Assembly (NCBI GenBank): GCA_041753595.1
Contig: JBGSTW010000013.1
Location: 1-64,000, forward strand
From: Bacteroidia bacterium
GTDB taxonomy: Bacteria; Bacteroidota; Bacteroidia; J057
Direction of reading: 5' to 3'
Length of the DNA: 64,000 bases
Each line of letters begins with the position of its first letter. Position 1 is the first letter of the stretch. The position numbers were made by a program, and so were the translations under genes. The notes beneath the pieces are model-generated. The model made no database searches and had not been told where the DNA came from. It worked only from the letters and a program-made list of their open reading frames with translations. Below are positions 28,993 through 37,752 of the stretch, piece by piece.

Positions 28993-29215
28993 ATTCAAAA
29001 TATTACGACATGCCCATACACTACTGATCTATCCTGCCAGCTTATCGCTTTCAAGGTATTCACAGTAAAAAAGCAGATTTTACCCGAAGGTTGAAACAGG
29101 GAACAGGAATTTAATCAGTATAATTTTCTTCCCCGCTTGCTAACACTTCAGTCTATGCCTGGGCAATACACAGCGCGGCTCCGTCACTTTTAAAAGAACT
29201 ATTGACCTTCTACTC

Positions 29216-29833
29216 CTATTTATCCAGCAGCGTGTTCGCGCCTTCCGGCATCGCTAAGCCCTGAAAGTGATCGGTAAGGCCATAGAAAATGGCGAGCATC
29301 AGCAAAAAACCTATTCCAAGCAGGGCCATAGATTGCTGCGTTACGGAAAGGCCGAGCAGGGAGTGCTTCATTTTTTTGTGGTGAATAGAAGCCACGTGCG
29401 CGAAAAATGCCATAATCGCCAATCCGTAATAGGGTACAAAAAAGAAATAAAGCGGAAAGGCATTCACCCCCGCTGCACCGAAGTAGAGGTTGGTATCGAG
29501 CTGAAAAAGATAACGCCCGCTCATCACCGCTGAAAGGTGAATAACCAGGAAAAATGCCAGGTATAGCCCCGACCAGCGATGGAGTTTTTCAAATCCGGAT
29601 ACCGCCTCTTTTTTTCCCTGAAAAAACAACCGCACTCCCGTCACAATTTGTACCCCGCAGGCAGCCAGCAGTACGGGCTCTACGAACCTGTTCCGGTATA
29701 CCAGCCGGAGTTGATCCATTACCGCGAGGTGTAGTTCAGCGCCCCGGATGCTGAGGAAGTGATTAATGAGGTGCGCGCCGATGAAGAGGGTAAGCGTTAA
29801 CCCGGAGTAATAGTGTATTTTTTTAAGGCTCAT
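29216..29833 (-). CDS. integral membrane protein with conserved His residues in its TM helices (possible haem-b-binding), hypothetical
   Basis: Five hydrophobic helices. Histidines lie inside them, at GAHLINH, VIHLSAV and FFAHVASIHH. Confidence 0.55.
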   Translation of the reverse strand: MSLKKIHYYSGLTLTLFIGAHLINHFLSIRGAELHLAVMDQLRLVYRNRFVEPVLLAACGVQIVTGVRLFFQGKKEAVSGFEKLHRWSGLYLAFFLVIHLSAVMSGRYLFQLDTNLYFGAAGVNAFPLYFFFVPYYGLAIMAFFAHVASIHHKKMKHSLLGLSVTQQSMALLGIGFLLMLAIFYGLTDHFQGLAMPEGANTLLDK

Positions 29834-30119
29834 GACAGACGAAATTCAGCGCTAGAGGGGATATCAAGATTAATAGTACTTGCGGGATTATCAGGATTGT
29901 TTTCCGCGATTTTCAAAGGTTTAATCTCAGCATTTTTCGCAGACCACTTTCTTTTGGGTAGTACCCATGGCTTTGTTCCTTCCGCCAAAAGATGGGTAGT
30001 AGCACGCACGATTTGCTGGACGAATTGCTCCTGAGACTCACCCTGGACTAAAAACTATAGATCACTCCGCAGCTTACGAAAAATCCGGCGGCCCGCCACC
30101 CAGGCGGCAGCCCACGCAC

Positions 30120-31418
30120 TCATAAATAGACCATCGCCTGCAGGCGCAGCAAAGCATGGGAAGGGGTACGGGTCAGCAGGCCGGGTTCCCGTTGGTGCTG
30201 GTATTCCAGGGTGAGCTTTGCATGGTGCCCGTCGATGTACCAGTTGACCCCGCCGCCCATCATGCGGCCGATCGGCTCCCGGTATGCGCGGTAGGCCTCC
30301 AGGTCGCGGTGAGTAAGATGGATATAGGCTTGCAGCCGTCCCCGGTCCGTGAAGGCAGGTAGCAAATAGCCCAGCTGCCCAAACAGGATGGTGCCCGTGC
30401 CGACACCACCCACGCCGCCGGTCCAGTTGGGACCCCAGTCGTGCCGCACCGCAGAACCGTAGGCGGTAATTGCCGCGCCGCCCGTTCCCAGCGGACTGTC
30501 ATAAAACACATCCACCGCCAGCGAGGTGGGGTTGTAAAAAGTCAGTTGGCCTGCCTCATCACAGGAGGTCGCCCCGGCCACGTGGTGGAAGAATCCCACG
30601 CCGATATTGAAGACCTTCCGGGTGCCGAGGTAGCTTCCCGTAAAGTAGGGCAGCAGGTTGCTCTCCTGCTCCAGCAGCTGATAATTGACATAGCCCTGGT
30701 ACACCTTACCTCCGCCGGGATTTTCAGGATTGCGGTAGATCACCCGGTCCGGAACGAGGATTTCTGTCCCGGTATCGTTGGGGGCTGTATGCTTGTCGTA
30801 GCCCCGGCTGGGGTTACTGATGGCTTCGTTGATTGCCAGGCGGTAATCCAGTCTCCCGAGCTTGCCCTTGGCAAAAAAGCCGAGGTGCCGGGCAAACTGG
30901 TCGGTGGTACCGATCGTGGGCCAATTGTGAATAGGCGCATCGAGGGTCAGCATATTGAGGGTACTCTGACTGGTGAGGCGGGAAATGCCGTTCCAGTAAT
31001 GCAGGCCGCCTCCCAGGTCCAGCTTGCCCTTAAGCACGGCATACTGGACCCAAGCATCGTGGAGGAAGAGTTGACCGGACTGGCCGGGCTCTCCCACAGG
31101 ACCATTGGCGCCCATGTTGTCCGGGCCGAGGTTGTTCAGCCCAAAATGCGTATTGATCAAAAAACGATCATTGATTTGCGCATACATCAGCACACGTGAC
31201 CGCCGAAGCAGAAAATCCGTTTGCAGCTGATTCTGGTCGTCCTTTTGTGCCGTAGCCCAAACCTGGTGCCAGCTGATCAGGCGAAAGTACTTACTGCCGT
31301 TCTCGTTGAGCGGGACAGTCAATCCGCCGGTATAATCAGGAGAGCCCTGCCCCCGCAGGGGGGAGATCAGGGCTGCGAGCCCCGGTATCAGTAGAATAAA
31401 GAGAATATTCCGGCGCAT
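30120..31418 (-). CDS. outer-membrane porin-like beta-barrel protein
   Basis: Signal peptide MRRNILFILLIPGLAALISPLRG. Amphipathic beta-strands alternate throughout, and the sequence is rich in G/N/Y/W. Confidence 0.5.
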   Translation of the reverse strand: MRRNILFILLIPGLAALISPLRGQGSPDYTGGLTVPLNENGSKYFRLISWHQVWATAQKDDQNQLQTDFLLRRSRVLMYAQINDRFLINTHFGLNNLGPDNMGANGPVGEPGQSGQLFLHDAWVQYAVLKGKLDLGGGLHYWNGISRLTSQSTLNMLTLDAPIHNWPTIGTTDQFARHLGFFAKGKLGRLDYRLAINEAISNPSRGYDKHTAPNDTGTEILVPDRVIYRNPENPGGGKVYQGYVNYQLLEQESNLLPYFTGSYLGTRKVFNIGVGFFHHVAGATSCDEAGQLTFYNPTSLAVDVFYDSPLGTGGAAITAYGSAVRHDWGPNWTGGVGGVGTGTILFGQLGYLLPAFTDRGRLQAYIHLTHRDLEAYRAYREPIGRMMGGGVNWYIDGHHAKLTLEYQHQREPGLLTRTPSHALLRLQAMVYL

Positions 31419-31914
31419 AGGATCGAATTTTGTAAAAAAACGGGGCAGGAAGAGTGATTTACGATGAACTTACAGCTGCTATTTCGAAGCAGGAGATCCT
31501 GTAAAATAGGGCCTTTGACTCCGCCCGGCGCTCCCATCAGGTAAGGCAGGCAGGTGATTTTTATCACGGATAGCTATGACTTTGCTTACCTGATATCAGA
31601 AAGGCTGGATGCTCCTTTTTGAAATACTTGCCAGCGCCATACATCCGGGGGATTCATGGTTGACAGCGCCCGAACGTACAAAAAACTTCTTCTGAGCGAA
31701 TCCTCGAAGCAGGCCAGCGAAATCCTTCTATCCCTCTCGCATCCCTGCCTCATGCGGTTCACGCTCCCTGATCTCTCATAAAATCCTTCATGGCGTACAT
31801 CTTCACCCCTCAACAGTTGCTTTTCACCCCCTTGGTACTTAGCGGATTCGCTACTTTGGCATTCCGTTACTGAATCAACAGAATCCTCCCCAATACTTCT
31901 CATTCCCTTTATCT

Positions 31915-32934
31915 ATGACACTTCCTCTTACTCCCATCCGCAATGGTTTCCTCGCGACCTTGCTCTTTGCCACGGCTGGTCTTTGCCAAACACGTGCCTT
32001 TGGACAAAGCCAATTGACGGCCATTGAAACAACTGAAACTATGACCATCGATGGACTGGGAAATGAGGCGATCTGGTCGGCAGCCACCTGGTATCCGATT
32101 GATCAGACCTGGATCGGAACACCGCCCTCCTCAACAGATTTTTTGGGCAAATTCAAGGTTGTCTGGGATCAAAACTTCCTCTATGTGCTCACAGAAATCA
32201 CCGATGAAATATTGAGCGACGACCACCCCAATCCGCTAACCAATTGGTGGGACGACGACGGGATTGAGATCTTCCTCGACGAAAACTTCTCCAAAGGCAA
32301 TCATCAATTCAACTACAATGCCTTTGCCTATCACGTGAGCACGTTCTATGATGTGGTGGATCTCGGAACTGACCAAAATCCGCATTTATACAACGACCAT
32401 ATCACCACGGTCCTGAGCAATTCCGGGACGGTATATACCTGGGAGTGCAGGATAAAAATATTCAACGACCAATTTGTCTATGGTGGCAACAACACGCCGG
32501 TGTCTCTAAACGCAAATAAAATCATGGGCTTCTCCATGGCCTACAATGACAATGACGCCGGCACTTCGCGCGAAAACTTCATGGGTTCCGGAGTCGTGCC
32601 CGGCACAGATAAGAATGTTGGCTACCTCACGGCAGATTATTTTCAGCAACTGACGCTCGTGGCTTCCGGTGCGTCGTCCATCTCTCCCGAAAATGCTTTG
32701 GCATTGGGGGTAAAGGTCTATCCCAACCCCGCATCTGACCGATTCACCCTCGACCTCGAACATCCGCGTTGGGAGAACCTCGGGCTCTTTTCGATCACCG
32801 GAAAGCAGGTGCTGAACCAGGAAATTCGTGGCTTGCAACAAGTACAGGTGAATGTGGCCGATTTTCCGCCGGGGATCTACCTCTTGAAGGTGAGCGGCGC
32901 GCAGATCGCCACAACCAAATTGCAGATAAAATAG
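31915..32934 (+). CDS. CBM9-like carbohydrate-binding domain protein with T9SS C-terminal sorting domain
   Basis: Signal peptide. The CBM9/DOMON-like region is W/D-rich: NWWDDDGIEIFLDENF. The C-terminal sorting domain reads VKVYPNPASDRFTLDLEHP...GIYLLKVSGAQIATTKLQIK. Confidence 0.75.
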   Translation: MTLPLTPIRNGFLATLLFATAGLCQTRAFGQSQLTAIETTETMTIDGLGNEAIWSAATWYPIDQTWIGTPPSSTDFLGKFKVVWDQNFLYVLTEITDEILSDDHPNPLTNWWDDDGIEIFLDENFSKGNHQFNYNAFAYHVSTFYDVVDLGTDQNPHLYNDHITTVLSNSGTVYTWECRIKIFNDQFVYGGNNTPVSLNANKIMGFSMAYNDNDAGTSRENFMGSGVVPGTDKNVGYLTADYFQQLTLVASGASSISPENALALGVKVYPNPASDRFTLDLEHPRWENLGLFSITGKQVLNQEIRGLQQVQVNVADFPPGIYLLKVSGAQIATTKLQIK

Positions 32935-32960
32935 CGGGCGCATTGCTCACAACCTGATTG

Positions 32961-33049
32961 CCGACCTGGCTTTTCGTCGGCGACTGAAGCTCGCCGGTAC
33001 AGGTTAGTACGGGCGGGCTTCAGTCGCCCAGCGTGGGGGGCGGGCGGAA
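32961..33049. repeat. small dispersed repeat with an internal 12-bp perfect inverted repeat; second copy at ~37865-37937
   Basis: The shared ~48-bp core ccgacctggcttttcgtcgg(c/a)gactgaagctcg(c/g)cggtacaggttagtac is about 90% identical between the two copies, and both also share gggggcgggc. In the copy at ~32961-33049 (copy 1), ggcgactgaagc (~32979-32990) pairs with gcttcagtcgcc (~33017-33028). Confidence 0.7.
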
Positions 33050-33298
33050 ACAAATGTTTAGCGACGTATTCGACCATTGAAAATCCAGTCTTTTTATTTT
33101 AAAACGGAGGGCTAGCTCACCTTGAAGATCGCTATTGGGTGATACATGTTCCCGGAAAAGCGGGTGTTTGTTTATTTCACAGGAAGACGCCATGCCGCGA
33201 AGAATTAGGCGTTTGGGACGTGCGCTGTTGTTAAGGAAAAAGCCTTGTTTTTTCGCAGACCCCATTCATTCAGGCATGCTCCCTTCCGGTAAAGTCCC

Positions 33299-34285
33299 TC
33301 AATTTCCCGCCTTGATCCGCCGTTCTTTCACCTCGCGCCAGGTGGTGAGGATAAAGCCTTCTTCAGACAGAAAGGTGCGCAGGCGCGGGTCGAGCATGGC
33401 CAGCAAATCGCCCTGACGGGTGGGGCCGGAGTCGGAGATATGGGCAAAAACCTCTGTGGGGTCGGTGCAATGCATGATGACCATCGTGAGGCCGGGCTCC
33501 ACCTCGCGCAGGGTTTCCATATAGTGATCGGCGGTAGCGCGCTGGAGTTTTTTGGGATTGGCAGCAATGGCAGGCGCAATCTCCCAGCCGTAGCTGAGGT
33601 TGTGCAGGTCGTCGAGCACGGGCAGGCCCGCCGCCCATACCTGCTCGCCCAGGGCGCGGATAGGCTCCAGGTCCATGGGGTTGGTACGCGAAACCAGCTT
33701 GCAATTTCCCGCCGGAAACATCACCGGGATGCCGGTTTCCATGCCCAGCTGCAGGTAGCGCATCAGAAAATCGGGCGTGGCAAAGAGGGTGCCCATGTGC
33801 GAATCGAGGTGGGTAGGCTCGAAACCCATGGCGCGGGCACGGGCAAGCTGGGCGCGGATTTCGGCATCCACTTCGTCGGCAGAGGCGTGTTGCACCACGG
33901 CTTCTATCGAGGGCCAAAGGGCACCTTCGGCATCGGTCAGGCCCGGAGCAGCGGGTTTGCCCGTGAGGGGACCCCAGCGGTAATCGGCCCATTCGGAGGT
34001 GAGGGTCAGGTGCAGGCCTGCGTCGAGGCCAGGGTTTTCTTTCAAGGCATGCACAAAACCGGGTGTCCAGGGGCAGGGCATCATCACACTCACAGAGGTG
34101 GCCACGCCTTGGGTAAGAGCCTGGAGTGCGCCCTCGTTCGAATCCCAAGACATGCCCGCATCGTCCACGTGCAGAATCAGCACCCTGGCACCGGCAGGAA
34201 ATCCCAGCCGCTCGGCATAGGTAGGTTGGGCGAAAAGCCCGGCACAAATGGCCAGGAAACAAAGGAAGGAAAAGGCGTTTTTCAT
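33299..34285 (-). CDS. YdjC/ChbG-family carbohydrate deacetylase-like secreted protein
   Basis: Signal peptide. The motif LILHVDDAGMS matches the H.DD.G signature of the YdjC-like family. There are also His-rich metal motifs DSHMGT and MHC. Confidence 0.65.
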   Translation of the reverse strand: MKNAFSFLCFLAICAGLFAQPTYAERLGFPAGARVLILHVDDAGMSWDSNEGALQALTQGVATSVSVMMPCPWTPGFVHALKENPGLDAGLHLTLTSEWADYRWGPLTGKPAAPGLTDAEGALWPSIEAVVQHASADEVDAEIRAQLARARAMGFEPTHLDSHMGTLFATPDFLMRYLQLGMETGIPVMFPAGNCKLVSRTNPMDLEPIRALGEQVWAAGLPVLDDLHNLSYGWEIAPAIAANPKKLQRATADHYMETLREVEPGLTMVIMHCTDPTEVFAHISDSGPTRQGDLLAMLDPRLRTFLSEEGFILTTWREVKERRIKAGN

Positions 34286-34368
34286 GGTTGGGGGGGTTTA
34301 AGCGAATATTCACAAAACCGCCACAAAAAACAATGCGTCCCGCCTGCTCCCGTACGGGTTGCCCGATA

Positions 34369-35505
34369 TCACCCCAAATTCCCGATCTCTTTCAGCGGCA
34401 AAACGGTGATATTTTCTGCCAGCGCATACCGCTGCCCTCCGGGGTAGAGGACGTAGAGGTGCGCTAATTGGAGGTCGTCGATGGACTGGTGCATGGATTT
34501 GGTGAGCCGGGGCGCATCGAGGTATTTAAATTCGGCTCCCGTGGGTTTTCCTTTTTCGAACCAGAAAAGGTCGAGCTCCAGCCCGGCGTGCGATCCATAA
34601 AAATAGACCTCGTTTTCGCGCTTATTCAGTTGAGCAACGGTTTCTTCGAGCGCAAATCCCTCCCACGAGGCACCCAGCTTGGGGTGACTTCGGAGCGCCT
34701 GAAGGGTTTCGATGGATTGAAGCGCGTGGAAAATACCCGAGTCGCGGATATAGAGTTTGGGGCTTTTGACGAGGCGCTTGTTGGTATTGGTATGCCACGG
34801 CATCAGGAGCCGCACCATAAAGGTATCTTCGAGGATAGAAAGGTAATGCTTCACGGTTTTTTCGCTGATGCCAAACGACCGGCCCAATTCGGCATAGTTG
34901 AGGGTCTGCCCGTGGTAATGGCTCAGCATGAGCCAGAATCGGTACATCACCGGCGCAGGAATGCGGATACCCAGCGCTGCGAGGTCTTTTTCCAGAAACT
35001 TGGAGATGAAATTAGCACGCCAAAGCATGCTTTGCCCGTCCGTTTGCGCCAGAAAGGACCTCGGAAAACCGCCCCTGATCCACCGCGACTCCCAGTAGTC
35101 GGTTCCCGTTTCGGCCAGATTAAAACCTGTGAGGTAGTGGTAGCCAATGCGCCCGGCCAACGATTCGCCGCTTTGTTGCCGCAAACTGGAGGAAGCACTT
35201 CCCAGAATCAGGTAGCGCTGCGCAGGCTGGTTATCGACAAGGTAGCGCAACAGCGGAAACAGCTCGGGCATAAGCTGCACTTCGTCGATCATGATTAGCC
35301 CCCGGAGGCCCTCCAGCGTCAGTTGCGGGTTTTGGAGCGCCACGCGGTCCCGCGGATTTTCGAGGTCGAATTGGTGGTCCGGGGAAAAGGATTTCGCCAG
35401 GGTAGTTTTCCCTACCTGCCGTGGTCCCAAAATGGCCGTGATGGGAAAAACGCCCAACAGGGCCGAAACCGCGTCCTTGTCCTTTTTGCGTGCAATGGCT
35501 TCCAC
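34369..35505 (-). CDS. AAA+ ATPase of the DUF4143 (AAA_14) family
   Basis: Walker A ILGPRQVGKTTLAKSF and Walker B LIMIDEVQ. The C-terminal region is DUF4143-like. The start is a GTG at 35505. Confidence 0.85.
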   Translation of the reverse strand: MEAIARKKDKDAVSALLGVFPITAILGPRQVGKTTLAKSFSPDHQFDLENPRDRVALQNPQLTLEGLRGLIMIDEVQLMPELFPLLRYLVDNQPAQRYLILGSASSSLRQQSGESLAGRIGYHYLTGFNLAETGTDYWESRWIRGGFPRSFLAQTDGQSMLWRANFISKFLEKDLAALGIRIPAPVMYRFWLMLSHYHGQTLNYAELGRSFGISEKTVKHYLSILEDTFMVRLLMPWHTNTNKRLVKSPKLYIRDSGIFHALQSIETLQALRSHPKLGASWEGFALEETVAQLNKRENEVYFYGSHAGLELDLFWFEKGKPTGAEFKYLDAPRLTKSMHQSIDDLQLAHLYVLYPGGQRYALAENITVLPLKEIGNLG

Positions 35506-35602
35506 GGGGAGTACTTTGCCCGTAAATTACCATTTATCCTTGAAAATCCGGACTTTACCTCCGGATTTTCAAGGATCTTTTTTAGGAAATGCCCCTTTTA
35601 AC

Positions 35603-36247
35603 CTACTTCGATAGGCGGTAAATAGCCGACACCTCTGCCTGAGCGTATTGCCTGGGCCATGCGTTGTCGTCGAAACTGTAGTTGTAGCTGCCCGCGATTC
35701 CGAGGTCTAGGTTTGGCACAATAGGCCAGCGTAATTCGAATCCACCTGTAAAATATCCCCGGTATGGATCTTGAGCTTTTCCCCAATATGTGGTTCTCCT
35801 TGCCGAAAATTTATCAAAAGTATAATACCGCCCTCCTCCAATTAACCAACTGGGCAAATAGCCGAGCGAAATACGGAACTGCCCCCGGTTATTTTCAGCA
35901 GCAGACAAGCGATAGGAGAGTTTTACAGGCGTTTGGAGGAAATAATCCAGCGAGGCTTGAGACTTTGGGCAGCCGGGAAGGTCGCCCAGCCAACCCGTAT
36001 CACAGACATAGTTTTTCCCGGATTGCTTTTCTTTAAATGTGGAAAAAGTGGCACCAACCGAAACACCTAGCCTTCCCAATAACTGCGTCTCATAGCCCAG
36101 CGCCAGGCCATGTCCGAAGGTGAGAAGGTCCGAATTGCCCTTTGGATAATGGTAATAGGTGGTGGTAATGCCCAGGCTCAGAGATTGCTGGCCCCAAAGC
36201 GGGCTCAGTAGCATTCCAAGGAGTAAGAAGAAGATTAAGCGTCTCAT
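35603..36247 (-). CDS. small outer-membrane beta-barrel protein (paralogue A)
   Basis: Signal peptide, then GQQSLSLGITT. The C-terminus ...WPRQYAQAEVSAIYRLSK ends K rather than the usual aromatic residue, which is atypical for a beta-barrel. The last ~20 codons and ~12 nt of the downstream flank are nearly identical to paralogue B. Confidence 0.6.
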   Translation of the reverse strand: MRRLIFFLLLGMLLSPLWGQQSLSLGITTTYYHYPKGNSDLLTFGHGLALGYETQLLGRLGVSVGATFSTFKEKQSGKNYVCDTGWLGDLPGCPKSQASLDYFLQTPVKLSYRLSAAENNRGQFRISLGYLPSWLIGGGRYYTFDKFSARRTTYWGKAQDPYRGYFTGGFELRWPIVPNLDLGIAGSYNYSFDDNAWPRQYAQAEVSAIYRLSK

Positions 36248-36368
36248 TATGATGATGTTTATTTAGGAAGAAATAATAGAGAAGTAAGATTCAGACAGCG
36301 TCCATAAGACAACATACAATCGCTTATCGAACCATTTGATTTTACTGCCCTCCTTTCAAATTTTGAAA

Positions 36369-36384
36369 CACGGTTTAAACCGTG
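36369..36384. promoter_or_regulatory. perfect 16-bp palindrome cacggtttaaaccgtg between the two beta-barrel paralogues
   Basis: Read directly from the sequence. It lies ~50 bp downstream of the stop of gene 36435..37079 and is flanked by T/A-rich sequence. It could be an operator or a terminator stem. Confidence 0.4.
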
Positions 36385-36434
36385 AGGAGTGCCCGGGTCG
36401 AACCCATCCTGTGATTATCCATAGAGGTGAAAGC

Positions 36435-37079
36435 CTACTTCGATAGGCGGTAAATGGCCGACACCTCTGCCTGAGCGTATTGCGTGGGCCATTTTTTTTT
36501 CTGGAGCGAAAGAAAATAACTGCCTTCAAACCCCACGCTGAGCTTTCGTCCCAGCGGATGGCTAAACGCTACCCCGCCTGTCCAGTAATTAATGCGCCGA
36601 TATCTGGGCGTAAGCCCGGACCAATGGGATTCATAATAATTGGGGTAGTGCTTGAACTTAGCCTTTAAAGCGATACCTTCTAAATTACTCGGCATATAAC
36701 CAAGGAAAAGGCGGGTTTGCCAGTTCTCGTTTTTAAGTGAGGACAATCTATAAGTTAACCTGAGGGGTACCTGAAAACGATAGGAGTAGTACATTTCAGC
36801 CGTTGGGCAAGAGGGACCTGGGGGAGAAAAACCGCGATCACAGATGAGATTGCGACCGGTATATTTACCTTTAAAGGCATTGAAATTAGCTCCTACGGAC
36901 ATCCCAAACCGCCAGAAAAGCTTCGTGTCAAATGCCAGCGTCACGCCATGCCCGGCAGATAAGTAGTCAGCTCTTTCTTCGTGGGAGTAGATAGTCGTAA
37001 TGCCCAGGCTCAGGGATTGCTGGCCCCAGGCCGAAAGGGTCAAAACCGCAAGCAGCAGGGTGAGGTAAAATGGTTTCAT
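36435..37079 (-). CDS. small outer-membrane beta-barrel protein (paralogue B)
   Basis: Signal peptide MKPFYLTLLLAVLTLSAWGQQSLSLGITT. The C-terminus is WPTQYAQAEVSAIYRLSK. Confidence 0.6.
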   Translation of the reverse strand: MKPFYLTLLLAVLTLSAWGQQSLSLGITTIYSHEERADYLSAGHGVTLAFDTKLFWRFGMSVGANFNAFKGKYTGRNLICDRGFSPPGPSCPTAEMYYSYRFQVPLRLTYRLSSLKNENWQTRLFLGYMPSNLEGIALKAKFKHYPNYYESHWSGLTPRYRRINYWTGGVAFSHPLGRKLSVGFEGSYFLSLQKKKWPTQYAQAEVSAIYRLSK

Positions 37080-37377
37080 TAAGGATATGGTTAACTAATT
37101 ATAGATTCAAGAATAGGGGATTATACACCCGGCATTTTTCTCAAAAAACCAAAACGCCCATTGCCTGATGTTAAGGTTGAGAATATAGGAATAATATCAG
37201 CGTATTCTCAGGTTTTTTTGTCAAACAAAATGACCAACCGTTAATCGCCCTGTTACCCGATAAGGTCCCAATCCCCCTGAGCCGTTTTTCTATTTCGGGG
37301 TGTTGCTTTATATGCTAAAATCACCCTTGCTTGCTTTTGGAAACGGAGAACGATAATTTGAAAGATATCCTCCGCCC

Positions 37378-37752
37378 ATGAATTACCGCATCCTTACCCT
37401 CCTCTTCGTTATTAGCGGTTTGGCCCAGGGGCTGAAAGCCGATCCGCCGCGCAATATCGTGTATATCCTCGCCGACGACCACCGCTTCGATTTTATAGGC
37501 TTTAAGGGCAAAGTTCCCTGGCTGAAAATGCCCAACCTCGACCGCCTGGCGCGGGAAGGGGTGTATGCGCCCAATACCTACGTCACCACTTCGCTGTGTT
37601 CGCCAAGCCGGGCCTCGATCCTCACGGGGCTTTTTTTGGGGCGGGTATCAAACCCGCCGTTATTGAGTGGCACAGCACGCGGATTGGCAGGGCCAGCGAT
37701 CCTTCGCAGTGGGTTCTATACCCACCTACTATTGGCGGCAGAATGCCCCTGA
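37378..37752 (+). pseudogene. sulfatase N-terminal remnant (~88 aa of authentic sulfatase sequence) truncated by repeat sequence
   Basis: Signal peptide, then VYILADDHRFD and the sulfatase signature CSPSRASILTG. The reading frame then runs into the ~95-bp repeat and terminates. No sulfatase C-terminal part is present. Confidence 0.65.

Noticed and set aside
30441-31199. 252-aa plus-strand ORF
   Set aside because: It is antisense to the porin-like gene.
33363-34447. 316-aa minus-strand and 335-aa plus-strand ORFs overlapping the YdjC/ChbG-like gene
   Set aside because: They are frame-shifted or antisense shadows that are Arg/Pro-rich. The annotated frame carries the signal peptide and the H.DD.G family motif.
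36385-36410. tRNA-like T-arm (gcccgggtcgaaccc)
   Set aside because: No acceptor stem or anticodon arm can be built around it; it is only a chance resemblance to GGTTCGAATCC.
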